A DNA stretch of 64,000 nucleotides. Origin: Alphaproteobacteria bacterium. Its GTDB lineage: Bacteria; Pseudomonadota; Alphaproteobacteria; RF32; CAG-239. Made by a program: the position numbers and the translations under genes. The notes under the pieces were generated by a model. The model was not told where the DNA came from. It saw only the letters and a list, made by a program, of their open reading frames with translations, and searched no databases. Positions 42,042 through 51,451 of the stretch are shown one piece after another. The DNA is taken from contig SUUY01000001.1 of the NCBI GenBank assembly GCA_015062285.1, positions 170,880 to 234,879 on the forward strand. Direction: 5' to 3'. How positions within the stretch are numbered: position 1 is the stretch's first letter; every line of letters begins with the position of its first letter.

Positions 42042-43775
42042 ATGTTTGGATATGTTAAAATAGTTTTATGTTGGCTTGTTTTTTATGGGTTTGTTTCTTC
42101 GGCAGAAGCAGCGGTTATAGCTAAGTATGCTACAAATACATATCAGAATCATGAGCTTTCTCGTGCAGAACAAAAATGTATAGATGACGGATATAAAGTT
42201 ACTTATGCTAATTGTCCTAAGTTGACGGCTCCGGTAGAAAGATGTCCTCATCATAGAGATTATTATAAAGATTGCTCTAAAGAGCAATGGTGCAAAAATA
42301 ATAATTATTCTTATAAAGATGCAGATTGTGAGACTCCGTTTTATCCTTTTAAAATGTGTACCAATGAAGAGCCGATGTATAGGATATGTAAAGAGGATTT
42401 GGCAAAGGCTTGTGAAGAAAAAGGGTTTGTTTCCAAGCAAAAGTGTCAATTAACAGATAAAAAATGTCCATATTCAGCAGATTATGGTGTTTGTTGTGAT
42501 AATTGTCCTGATTTTTCTCATGCTTTAACGGCGATTCCACAAGGATATGTCGCAGTTGGAGAAACTTGCACAACCTGTGATGGAATTACAAAAACTAATA
42601 TTACTCCAGCTGCTTGTGAAGGGTTCAAAAAATGCAAATTTGGCCCAATGTCTCCATACACATCATCGTGCTTACAAGGTGAAACAATTTTATATAGTGC
42701 CTGCAAAACATCTGCAGAAGTTTGTAATGAAAAAGGGTATACCGTAAATTCTTGTTCTGATGTTAATGATACGGTAGATTGTCCGGAAAATCCTAATTTT
42801 AAATTATGCATAGTAAATTGCTTAAAACAAGCAAAAGCAAATAATCCCAATGCCGATGTTATAGCGGTTGATGTGATTGATCCGGTGGTGGATTTGATAA
42901 AGACAGAAATGAATTCGTTGGTCGGAATGGATGAAGCAGAATGCCAAAATCAGTCTCGTCCGAATGTAATGCTTCATATTAATAGTAAAAATATAGAAAT
43001 GTATAGAAATTTGTTTGAGAGAAAGGTTGAAAACATTAATTTTAATTTGATTTTTGAAGAGCCAATTTCATTATCTGCGAATGGAATATTAAAAAATGTT
43101 AAAATTACCGCGTCAGGAAATATGCCGGAATGTCCGCTGAAAGCTGAAAAAATAGAAGTTGAAGGTGTTGTTAGTTTTATGGGAATTCCTACTTTATGTG
43201 CAGATTTCAATGTAGCATCTGATTCTAAACTAATTTCAACAGGCGGAGTTAGAGGTAATGTTGATATGGCGAAAGATGCTTCTTTAGGTCTTAAGGGAGA
43301 CCTAAAGGGATATTTGAAAGCTAAAAGTAATGCAGAAATTTTAATTAAGGGAGCTTTAGAATATAAAGATGAAGAAAACAGAACAGCAGATACTGCAAGT
43401 ATTGTTTTCGGTTGTAATTCAAAAGTTCGCATCGAAAAAGGAATTATAGCTGATACTTCTAGTATTTTCTTAAAGCAGTGGGTTGCTTTAGACACCCCAA
43501 GTATTAAATTTATTTCAACAAGCGAGAATCCTGAATTATATAATACTTTGGCATCATTGCACATGTATAGATATGCTAAAATATATAGCGCAGACGGAGA
43601 TACAGTTTATCCTTTAAGTGAAAACGACGGAAATCAATGTGATGATATATATTTTGTACATTTGGGGTCAGCATCCGATAAGACAAAACAGGAATTTGTT
43701 TTTGAACCTTCAAATTTATTTACCGATAATCTGCAGTGTCGCCCGTTGGATTACAAACAACAAGAATGTAATTAA
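42042..43775 (+). CDS. secreted cysteine-rich protein of unknown function
   Basis: Signal peptide ending SSAEA. About 25 Cys in the first ~240 mature residues, with three C-x-[DE]-[DEK]-G-[YF] modules. The C-terminal ~300 aa are Cys-poor and beta-rich. Confidence 0.65.
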   Translation: MFGYVKIVLCWLVFYGFVSSAEAAVIAKYATNTYQNHELSRAEQKCIDDGYKVTYANCPKLTAPVERCPHHRDYYKDCSKEQWCKNNNYSYKDADCETPFYPFKMCTNEEPMYRICKEDLAKACEEKGFVSKQKCQLTDKKCPYSADYGVCCDNCPDFSHALTAIPQGYVAVGETCTTCDGITKTNITPAACEGFKKCKFGPMSPYTSSCLQGETILYSACKTSAEVCNEKGYTVNSCSDVNDTVDCPENPNFKLCIVNCLKQAKANNPNADVIAVDVIDPVVDLIKTEMNSLVGMDEAECQNQSRPNVMLHINSKNIEMYRNLFERKVENINFNLIFEEPISLSANGILKNVKITASGNMPECPLKAEKIEVEGVVSFMGIPTLCADFNVASDSKLISTGGVRGNVDMAKDASLGLKGDLKGYLKAKSNAEILIKGALEYKDEENRTADTASIVFGCNSKVRIEKGIIADTSSIFLKQWVALDTPSIKFISTSENPELYNTLASLHMYRYAKIYSADGDTVYPLSENDGNQCDDIYFVHLGSASDKTKQEFVFEPSNLFTDNLQCRPLDYKQQECN

Positions 43776-44200
43776 GGATTGACGTTTGGTGAATAAATTG
43801 TTTGTGGATTGGCTGAGTTTTCTATAAGAGGGATGTCTTCTTTGGGAAAAGCTTGAACATCATATACCATTCCATTTGCTTCTAATAATGTGTTTTGAAA
43901 ATCATTTCCAAGCTCAGATGAGTTTAATGGAACATCCTTTGGCGGAGGAGCTGAAAGAGAATCGGCATTATTTGATTCTTGCTCAATTTTAGAGGTTTCA
44001 TTCGGAATATTTAACGGATTGCCTAAAGGGTTTGGCGAATTTGCCGGCTGTTCAATAATAAAAGTGTCTTTATTCCCGTCTGATTGCACGGCAGAAGATT
44101 CTACGATAGTCGGGGTTTGATAGGCTTGAGCATGAGCATTACCACTTACAGCAAATAATGCGGCATGAAGAAGAGTAATTACTTTGGCTACACCTAACAT
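43772..44200 (-). CDS. secreted Pro/Asn-rich hypothetical protein
   Basis: 142 aa with signal peptide ...AVSGNAHAQA and a low-complexity mature part. The stop overlaps the convergent gene by 4 nt. Confidence 0.5.
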   Translation of the reverse strand: MLGVAKVITLLHAALFAVSGNAHAQAYQTPTIVESSAVQSDGNKDTFIIEQPANSPNPLGNPLNIPNETSKIEQESNNADSLSAPPPKDVPLNSSELGNDFQNTLLEANGMVYDVQAFPKEDIPLIENSANPQTIYSPNVNP

Positions 44201-44311
44201 TGTTTTCTCCTTTTTTATTTTAGATAATACTCATTTGTTTTTTTTCAATAATATTAAGTGCCCATTAATAATTAATAGTTATAATATTTGCATGTATTTA
44301 AGGAGTTTTAT

Positions 44312-44488
44312 ATGTCCGAGATAAGTTCTATAGCATCATATGCATTAGCAATTAAACAAACACAAATGAGTTTGATAAAAAGTGCTGTTGAGATGCAACA
44401 AAAAACAATTGAGGTTTTGTTGGGTGATGATACAAGTCGTGTGGCTCCCAATGATATGGTTGGTTGCAATGTTGACGTTAAACTTTAG
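44312..44488 (+). CDS. YjfB-like small protein (putative motility protein family, by memory)
   Basis: ATG at 44312 lies 6 nt after an AGGAG SD. 58 aa; SIASYALAIKQTQMSLIKSAVEMQQKTIEVLL and the C-terminal GCNVDVKL resemble the YjfB pattern. Confidence 0.5.
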   Translation: MSEISSIASYALAIKQTQMSLIKSAVEMQQKTIEVLLGDDTSRVAPNDMVGCNVDVKL

Positions 44489-44802
44489 AAGCCGATCATT
44501 ATAACGAACGACATTGATAGAACATAGGCAAGAAAGAATTTTATAATTCCTCCGAATATGGTAAACAACATGGCAGCATAGTTAAGGTCTATGCTGTTTT
44601 CTTTATATTCTCTTTTGAAGATAAAGGTATATAGGAAAGATGCAAAACCAACCAAAACATATATATTTGGTGAATAAAAAACAGATTTAATTTGTTCTGG
44701 TTCAAATTTATTTATCGATATTATACCACATATGATACCTAAGAGTATCATAGGATTGAAGATTGTTCCTGATGTGAAAAGAGAAATAATCCCTTTAATC
44801 AT
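44485..44802 (-). CDS. hypothetical membrane protein (3 TM helices)
   Basis: 105-aa hydrophobic ORF. Confidence 0.5.
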   Translation of the reverse strand: MIKGIISLFTSGTIFNPMILLGIICGIISINKFEPEQIKSVFYSPNIYVLVGFASFLYTFIFKREYKENSIDLNYAAMLFTIFGGIIKFFLAYVLSMSFVIMIGF

Positions 44803-44806
44803 AAGG

Positions 44807-45013
44807 TTAGCGGCTCCATACTCTGCGACTCAAATAGCGAGAATCTACATTGTTAAGACCAGAAGGCCATATGCAATGTGATTTTGGCAACTGAGTGCCG
44901 CTACCGGAATTTTTGATTTGATTCATAACAAGAGCTGCCAATCCTTTGCTTATGATTGCAGGCTTGCGGTCTTTTGACCAATCAAAATACGAGCTATCGA
45001 TAATTTTTTGCAT
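44807..45013 (-). CDS. hypothetical small protein (68 aa)
   Basis: ORF ending 4 nt upstream of the membrane ORF. No family recognised; it could be a remnant. Confidence 0.35.
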   Translation of the reverse strand: MQKIIDSSYFDWSKDRKPAIISKGLAALVMNQIKNSGSGTQLPKSHCIWPSGLNNVDSRYLSRRVWSR

Positions 45014-45096
45014 TTGTATTCCTTTATGGAAGTTATACTTTAATTCCAGATTAACGCTTTTTGGTAAATAAAATCTTAATTTATAATTTCAAGATG

Positions 45097-46470
45097 TTAT
45101 CGTACTTTTTTTATGTTTTCGAAACCTTTAGATTTTTCTAAAACCGATATGATGTTAAAATTGATGGTTTCTGCCAAAGATGCATCATCACTCCAACTCC
45201 ACACTTGAATTTTTGGTTCGGTTCCTGATTTGCGAATTAGGATTTTTCCTTTGGAGTTGATTTGCTGTTCTCCTTTTTGGATGGCGGTTTTAAAAGCTGT
45301 GTTTTCAAAAGCCTCTTTCATATCGTCGGTTGTTTTGAATTTTGCATCGTTTCTGCGACAAGTCATAGGGGTGAAGAGAGGAAAAATCTGGCTCATTTTG
45401 CTTTGGCTCTTTTTTAATCCGATAGCAAGCACAAGTCCAGTCATCAATGCGTCACCGGTTTTTGAATAATCGGATATAACCATGTGACCGGATTCTTCTC
45501 CGCCGATGTTAGATCCGTATTTTTCCATTTCTTCAATAACATATCTTTCTCCAACAGCTGATCTAACACAATTTATACCTAAGTTGTTCAGAAAACGATC
45601 TAAAGCCGGATTTGAAACAATGGTTGCAACAACTGTGTTGCCTTTTAGCTGATGTGTATTGTGGAAATATTGTCCTAAAAAGGCAATTATTTGGTCACCA
45701 TCGAGGCTCTGTCCTTTTTCATCGCATACAATGATTCTGTCTCCGTCTCCGTCAACAGCAATACCGAGGTCGGCTTGGTTGTTGATAACCTCTTGACACA
45801 TATTGGCGGTGTGTTGAGAACCACAATTTAAGTTAATGTTTGTGCCGTTTGGGGTATTACTTAAGACTATTGTTTGAGCTCCGTATTGGTTAAAAATATG
45901 GGGTAATATTTCAGAAAAGCAACCGTTGGCACAATCTAAAACAATTTTTAATCCGGATAAAGGTTTGTCTTGTGAAGATATACTTAAAGCTATTTGGCAG
46001 TAATCTTTTATTGCGGAATCGTTGATTGTTGTTTTGCCGATATTGTCAGGTGAAAAGTTAAATTCGTTTTTTTCAATCAAAGCTTCAATTTTAGCGGTTA
46101 TATCGTCAGAAAATTTACTTCCGTCAGCAGATATGAGTTTAATGCCGTTGTCTTGATATGGGTTATGTGAAGCGGTGATCATAACCGACATATCAACATT
46201 AAGTTCGGGAGTAAGAGTTGTGAGTGCAGGTGTCGGAATAACTCCTAATTTAATTACCTCAACGCCTTGAGAGGTAAATCCGGATATTAGAGCGGCTTCA
46301 AGCATATCGCCGGATATTCTGGTGTCTTTAGCGATAGCAACACGGTGTTTGCTTGTGCATATTAATTGACCGGCAGCCATGCCTAGTTTTGATGCAAAAT
46401 CTATTGTCATCGGAAAAGTGTTTGCTTTTCCTCTTACACCATCTGTTCCGAACCATTTGTTATTTGCCAT
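45097..46470 (-). CDS. glmM: phosphoglucosamine mutase
   Basis: WFGTDGVRGKAN N-terminus and active-site TASHNP. I prefer the ATG at 46470 (GAGGT SD upstream) over the tracked start at 46482. Confidence 0.93.
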   Translation of the reverse strand: MANNKWFGTDGVRGKANTFPMTIDFASKLGMAAGQLICTSKHRVAIAKDTRISGDMLEAALISGFTSQGVEVIKLGVIPTPALTTLTPELNVDMSVMITASHNPYQDNGIKLISADGSKFSDDITAKIEALIEKNEFNFSPDNIGKTTINDSAIKDYCQIALSISSQDKPLSGLKIVLDCANGCFSEILPHIFNQYGAQTIVLSNTPNGTNINLNCGSQHTANMCQEVINNQADLGIAVDGDGDRIIVCDEKGQSLDGDQIIAFLGQYFHNTHQLKGNTVVATIVSNPALDRFLNNLGINCVRSAVGERYVIEEMEKYGSNIGGEESGHMVISDYSKTGDALMTGLVLAIGLKKSQSKMSQIFPLFTPMTCRRNDAKFKTTDDMKEAFENTAFKTAIQKGEQQINSKGKILIRKSGTEPKIQVWSWSDDASLAETINFNIISVLEKSKGFENIKKVR

Positions 46471-46574
46471 TTTGAACCTCATATTTTGTAAAACAATGGT
46501 TTGAGTTTAGGCATAACACTAGAAAATACAAGTATAAATGTGTTTTATTCATACACGAGATGTTTTGATTTGTT

Positions 46575-46609
46575 ACAAAAAAATCCCACCTTGAGCAAAG
46601 GTGGGATTG
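46575..46609 (-). terminator. rho-independent terminator of gapR
   Basis: Stem aatcccacc (46582-46590) / ggtgggatt (46600-46608). The A-run at 46576-46583 gives a T-run on the - strand. Confidence 0.75.
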
Positions 46610-46624
46610 CGAAATTATATAATA

Positions 46625-46882
46625 TTATATATCGAGTGCTTTACGATATGTTTCAAGCAAAAATTCTTGCTCATCACGATCTGCGGCATTCATCTTGCGG
46701 AGTTTTAATACTGCACGCATGATTTTCACATCAAAACCGGCAGATTTGGCTTCAGCAAAAACATCTCTGACATCAGAAGCAATGGCAGCTTTTTCTTCTT
46801 CGAGGTGTTCAATACGTTCGATTAAGGAGCGCAAACGATCGGCAGCTATTCCGCCAACTTCTGATTTGTTTTCTTCACTCAT
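46625..46882 (-). CDS. gapR: GapR-like DNA-binding protein (DUF2312)
   Basis: 85 aa. LRSLIERIEHLEEEKAAIASDVRDVFAEAKSAGFDVKIMR..LKLRK matches the alphaproteobacterial DUF2312/GapR pattern. Confidence 0.75.
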   Translation of the reverse strand: MSEENKSEVGGIAADRLRSLIERIEHLEEEKAAIASDVRDVFAEAKSAGFDVKIMRAVLKLRKMNAADRDEQEFLLETYRKALDI

Positions 46883-47039
46883 GTTATTCTCCTGTTTGTA
46901 ATTATGTTTTATGGGAAGTTAACAAACTTACATGTTTTTGACAAGTAATAATTTTTGAATCGATATAAATAAAAATAACAGCTTATTAACCTATTGAGTA
47001 TATATAATAGATATATTTAACATTAAGGATTATATAAAT

Positions 47040-48464
47040 ATGCCAACAGATACACATACAAAGATTATTGCAACCGTAGGCCCTTCTTCTGCAACCAAAG
47101 AACAAATTGAAAAGCTTATTGATGCAGGGGTTGATGCTTTTAGAATCAATTTTAGTCATGGGACTCATGCTGAGCATAAGGCAAGGGTAAAAGTTATTCG
47201 TCAGTTGGAAAAAGAAAAAGGGAGATTTATTTCGATTTTGGCTGATTTGCAAGGTCCGAAACTTAGAGTTGGCACATTTAAGGAAGATAAAGTTTTGCTC
47301 AAAGAAGGGCAAACTTTTGTTCTCGATATGGATCCGGAAGCCGGTGATGAGAATCGTGTTTGTTTGCCACATAAGGAGATTTTTGCAGCCCTTAAACCTG
47401 GTGATGACTTGCTTGTTAATGATGGGTATATTGTATTGAGTGTAAAAGAATGCTCTAAAAATAAAGCTATAACTAAAGTTAAAGTAGGTGGATATATTTC
47501 GAGCCATAAAGGGGTTAATTTACCAAATACTCAGCTTAAAATTTCGGCAATTACGCAAAAAGATAAAGATGATTTGAAATTTGCTTTGAAATTGGGCATA
47601 GACTGGGTTTGTTTGTCTTTTGTGCAAAGAGCCGAAGATGTTCGAGAAGCTAAAAAACTGATAGATGGAAAAGCTTGGGTTATTTCTAAACTGGAAAAAC
47701 CAAGTGCAATAGATGATTTAGATGCAATTATTCAAGAATCGGCAGCAATTATGGTTGCTCGAGGTGATTTGGGCGTTGAATGTCCGATCCAAACAGTGCC
47801 GGTATTGCAAAAGAAAATTGTAGCGGCTTGTCGTAAGCATGCACGTCCGGTTATTATTGCAACTCAAATGTTGGAATCGATGATTGGAAACATTACTCCT
47901 ACTCGTGCGGAAGTTTCAGATGTGGCAACGGCTGTTTATGATGGTGCAGATGCGGTTATGTTGTCAGCAGAGACCGCTGCAGGAAAATATCCGGTTGCGT
48001 CTGTAAAAATGATGCACAATATCGTAACTCAAGTAGAAAAAGATCCTCTGTTTTTTGATCTTACCCAAACATCTCGTCGTCGTCCTAAGGATTCCGGTGA
48101 GGCAGATGCAATAACATTTGCTGCTAGCGAGTTGACTTGTATTTTGAAAAACGTGAAGGCTGTTGTCAGCTACACAACATCAGGCCTGACTACATTTTTG
48201 GCTGCTCGTGAACGTCCTTATTTGCCTATTTTGGCGATGACGCCAGATGTTAATGTTGCCAGACGTCTTGCTCTTATTTGGGGTGTGCGTCCATTTATTA
48301 ATAAACGTACCTTCAAAAGCTTTAATAATATCGAAGATTGTGCAATTAAAGTTGCGGTTGATAATAAATATGCAAAATCCGGTGATCACATTATTATAAC
48401 CGCCGGCTTCCCTCTGAATGTTAAGGGAAGGACTAATATGTTGCATACGGTCTATATTCCTTAA
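47040..48464 (+). CDS. pyk: pyruvate kinase
   Basis: TKIIATVGPSS...AGVDAFRINFSHG, MVARGDLGVE, and a 474-aa length. Confidence 0.95.
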   Translation: MPTDTHTKIIATVGPSSATKEQIEKLIDAGVDAFRINFSHGTHAEHKARVKVIRQLEKEKGRFISILADLQGPKLRVGTFKEDKVLLKEGQTFVLDMDPEAGDENRVCLPHKEIFAALKPGDDLLVNDGYIVLSVKECSKNKAITKVKVGGYISSHKGVNLPNTQLKISAITQKDKDDLKFALKLGIDWVCLSFVQRAEDVREAKKLIDGKAWVISKLEKPSAIDDLDAIIQESAAIMVARGDLGVECPIQTVPVLQKKIVAACRKHARPVIIATQMLESMIGNITPTRAEVSDVATAVYDGADAVMLSAETAAGKYPVASVKMMHNIVTQVEKDPLFFDLTQTSRRRPKDSGEADAITFAASELTCILKNVKAVVSYTTSGLTTFLAARERPYLPILAMTPDVNVARRLALIWGVRPFINKRTFKSFNNIEDCAIKVAVDNKYAKSGDHIIITAGFPLNVKGRTNMLHTVYIP

Positions 48465-48613
48465 AAGCTTGTATAATGGCTTATCTAGAGCAGTTTGTTC
48501 CGGTCAAAAGTTTCCTCACGTACCTCTATGTACGCTCCGGTACTTTTGCCGTTCAAACCACTCTATTTAAACCATTCCCCAAGCTTTTATGGTGCTAAGT
48601 CTAATGGCTTACA
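48465..48613 (+). repeat. dispersed intergenic repeat, copy 3 (one full unit plus the start of a second)
   Basis: Starts directly after the pyk stop. TGTATAAT at 48470-48477, hairpin cgtac/gtacg (48519-48523 / 48530-48534), outer arms caaaagt/acttttg (48505-48511 / 48542-48548). Confidence 0.9.
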
Positions 48614-48648
48614 CAAAAAAAGCTCGCTTAAAAACTGCGAGCTTTTTA
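48614..48648. terminator. bidirectional terminator between the pyk repeat and rpmJ
   Basis: Stem aaagctcgc (48619-48627) / gcgagcttt (48637-48645), with an A-run before and a T-run after. Confidence 0.75.
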
Positions 48649-48673
48649 ATAAATGCATAAAACCTTCAACAAA

Positions 48674-48799
48674 TTAACCCTGACGAGCTTTTAATTTAGG
48701 GTTCTTTTTATTGATTACATATACGCGACCCTTGCGACGTACTAATTTGCAGTCTTTATCGCGTACTTTTTTGCTTTTTAAAGAGCTATAAATTTTCAT
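48674..48799 (-). CDS. rpmJ: 50S ribosomal protein L36 (Cys-poor, zinc-independent type)
   Basis: Hand translation of the - strand gives [41 protein letters not shown] (41 aa). Absent from the ORF track because it is under 60 aa. Confidence 0.9.
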   Translation of the reverse strand: MKIYSSLKSKKVRDKDCKLVRRKGRVYVINKKNPKLKARQG

Positions 48800-48962
48800 T
48801 GTCCTTGTCCTTATATATCAAAAGTTAAACGCAACTTATGATAAATCTTATGCTTTGTCAACTTAATTTTTTAGATTCTTTGGTAAAATTTTGGAATTGT
48901 TTTGATTTTTGGATTAAGCGATATATAATGAAGCAAAATTTTGATAAAGGAATTGATTGGAA

Positions 48963-49523
48963 ATGCTAGGAAAAATCGGTTTTTTGTTGTTTGGTTTGAT
49001 ATTGGCAAATGTGGCAAATGCACAAATGCCGTATATTGAAGAAGTTAGAGCTTTGGGAGCAATATCCGGCCAGGGCTTGGCGTGCGGTTCTGCAAAATAT
49101 GATACATTTGAAATGTTAGCTCGAGCAATTTTGCTTACCAAATCGCCTTCAGACAAATTGCAAAATGATGCTATATATGCATATTCTGAAGAAAAAGCTA
49201 ATGCTTATATGTCTAAGGAAATAGACGGATTTTATGGTTGTGCCGAGATTATCAGAAGATTTGATAACCAAGATATTTTTAAGGCTGTTTTGTATGCGGA
49301 CGGTACAATCAAAATGCCGGATGGAAAGATTTTGACACCACGAAAACCTTATGATGCAAGATTTGTTTACAAAAAAACCAATGATCGTGATGTTGCTCAG
49401 GCAATATATAATGGTAAAGAAGCAAAAATTTTAAATGTTGATGTAGTTGATTCCAGCCTAGCTAAAAACAATGCCTCGTTGCCGCCTCCGAGTGTTGGGC
49501 GAATCAGCAGGCGCCGCAATTAA
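48963..49523 (+). CDS. exported hypothetical protein
   Basis: Signal peptide MLGKIGFLLFGLILANVANA. No family recognised. I trimmed the start to the ATG at 48963. Confidence 0.55.
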   Translation: MLGKIGFLLFGLILANVANAQMPYIEEVRALGAISGQGLACGSAKYDTFEMLARAILLTKSPSDKLQNDAIYAYSEEKANAYMSKEIDGFYGCAEIIRRFDNQDIFKAVLYADGTIKMPDGKILTPRKPYDARFVYKKTNDRDVAQAIYNGKEAKILNVDVVDSSLAKNNASLPPPSVGRISRRRN

Positions 49524-49588
49524 ATGAGTTGCTTTTTCTTTTTTAATCTGTATATTCGGAGCCAATAGGTATTTAATAGGAGATAAAA

Positions 49589-51268
49589 ATGGCTGCAGTT
49601 CAGTATGTTTTTGTGATGCAAAATCTTACTAAGGTTTTTCCGGGCGGAAAAGAGCTTTTTAAGGGAATAACTCTTTCGTTCTTACCCGGAGCGAAGATCG
49701 GTGTGCTTGGTGTGAATGGCGCCGGTAAGTCTACCTTACTGAAAATAATGGCTGGTGTTGATAAGGAATTTAACGGTGAGGCTTGGGCTGCAGAAGGTGT
49801 GAAAGTCGGTTATTTGGAGCAAGAACCACAGCTTGATCCGTCTAAAAATGTTATGGAAAACATAATGGACGGGCTTGGCGAAACAAGAGATTTGCTCAAG
49901 CGTTTTGAAGAGGTTTCTATGCGTTTTGCTGAAGAGCTTACCGAAGATGAAATGAATGATTTGATTAACGAACAGGCTGAATTGCAAGAAAAAATAGATG
50001 CTTGTAATGGCTGGGATTTGGAACGTACAATTGAAATTGCCATGGATGCGTTGCGTTGCCCTCCTGCTGATGCTGATGTTACAAAGCTTTCAGGGGGTGA
50101 GCGCCGTCGTGTTGCCTTATGTCGTTTGCTTCTTTCGAAGCCGGATATGTTGTTGCTTGATGAGCCTACCAACCACTTAGATGCCGAATCGGTGGCATGG
50201 TTGGAAAACCACCTTAAAGATTATAAAGGTACGGTTGTGATGGTAACTCACGATCGCTATTTTTTGGATAATGTAACCGGTTGGATTTTGGAATTAGACA
50301 GAGGACAAGGAATCCCTTATGAGGGTAACTATTCTTCTTGGTTGCAACAAAAGCAAAAACGTTTGGAGCAAGAAGCTCGTGAAGAAACCGCTCGTCAAAA
50401 GGTTTTGGCTAATGAATTAGAGTGGATTCAAAAGAATCCGAAGGCTCGTCAGGCAAAATCAAAGGCTCGTATTAATGCTTATGATGAATTGTTGGCACAA
50501 GCTACCAAGGATAAAATCAATACGGCAAATATTTCTATTCCAATGACAGAGCGTCTTGGTGATTTGGTTATTGAAGCCAATAATATCAGCAAAGCATATG
50601 GTGATAGAGTATTGATAGAAGATCTTTCATTCAAAATTCCTAAAGGGGCAATTGTCGGTATTATTGGGCCAAACGGAGCCGGAAAAACCACCTTGTTTAG
50701 AATGATTGCCGGACAAGAGAATCCTGATTCGGGAGAAATACGTGTCGGTGATAGTGTGGATTTGGGATATGTTGATCAAACCAGAGATGAACTTGATCCG
50801 AATAAAAACGTTTGGGAAGAAATTTCTGATGGGTTAGACATGATTCAGCTCGGTAAAAAAGAAGTTCCTTCTCGAGCTTATGTCGGACAATTTAATTTCA
50901 AAGGTTCTGATCAACAAAAGAAAGTTGGCCAACTTTCCGGAGGTGAACGTAATCGAGTACATTTGGCAAAAATGCTTAAAAAAGGTGCCAATGTTATTAT
51001 GCTTGACGAACCTACCAATGACCTTGATGTTGACACCTTACGCTCTTTGGAAGAAGGTATTATGAACTATCCCGGTTGTGTACTTGTAACTTCGCACGAT
51101 CGTTGGTTTTTAGATAGGTTGGCAACTCATATTTTAGCTTATGAAGACGATGGTCATGTTGAATGGTTTGAGGGAAATTTCGAAGACTACGAGAAGGACA
51201 AAATTCGTCGTCTTGGAGAAGAAGCTGCGAGACCGCATAGGGCACGTCATAAAACTCTCACCCGATAA
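49589..51268 (+). CDS. ettA: energy-dependent translational throttle protein EttA (ABC-F ATPase)
   Basis: 559 aa with two ABC cassettes ([36 protein letters not shown]) and no TM domain. The N-terminus is typical of EttA. Confidence 0.88.
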   Translation: MAAVQYVFVMQNLTKVFPGGKELFKGITLSFLPGAKIGVLGVNGAGKSTLLKIMAGVDKEFNGEAWAAEGVKVGYLEQEPQLDPSKNVMENIMDGLGETRDLLKRFEEVSMRFAEELTEDEMNDLINEQAELQEKIDACNGWDLERTIEIAMDALRCPPADADVTKLSGGERRRVALCRLLLSKPDMLLLDEPTNHLDAESVAWLENHLKDYKGTVVMVTHDRYFLDNVTGWILELDRGQGIPYEGNYSSWLQQKQKRLEQEAREETARQKVLANELEWIQKNPKARQAKSKARINAYDELLAQATKDKINTANISIPMTERLGDLVIEANNISKAYGDRVLIEDLSFKIPKGAIVGIIGPNGAGKTTLFRMIAGQENPDSGEIRVGDSVDLGYVDQTRDELDPNKNVWEEISDGLDMIQLGKKEVPSRAYVGQFNFKGSDQQKKVGQLSGGERNRVHLAKMLKKGANVIMLDEPTNDLDVDTLRSLEEGIMNYPGCVLVTSHDRWFLDRLATHILAYEDDGHVEWFEGNFEDYEKDKIRRLGEEAARPHRARHKTLTR

Positions 51269-51318
51269 AAGGTTGCTCTGCGGCCGATTAGTGCGTTGTC
51301 ATCGGGTATTTTTGAAAT

Positions 51319-51395
51319 TCATGTACCTCTATGTACACTTCGGTACTTTGCCGTTCAAACAGCTATCCAAGCTTTTAGTTATCAGCTGTAAGTCA
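51319..51395 (+). repeat. dispersed intergenic repeat, copy 4 (5'-truncated)
   Basis: tcatgtacctctatgtacacttcggtactttgccgttcaaac plus the tail agcttttagttatcagctgtaagtcatt. The hairpin tgtac/gtaca (51322-51326 / 51333-51337) keeps pairing through a double change. Confidence 0.8.
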
Positions 51396-51404
51396 TTAAT
51401 AATC

Positions 51405-51430
51405 AAGGGGTTTAGTTTTCTAAGCCCCTT
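51405..51430. terminator. possible hairpin terminator between ettA and lepA
   Basis: Stem aaggggttta (51405-51414) / taagcccctt (51421-51430) with one G-U pair. The flanks are A/T-rich but there is no clean T-run. Confidence 0.35.
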
Positions 51431-51451
51431 AATTACAGATAAACAGTTTTT

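Noticed and set aside
46986-47507. 173-aa minus-strand ORF overlapping the pyk start and promoter region.
   Set aside because: It is antisense to the well-supported pyruvate kinase CDS and has AT-rich low-complexity translation (FNFSYSFIF...). It is likely spurious.
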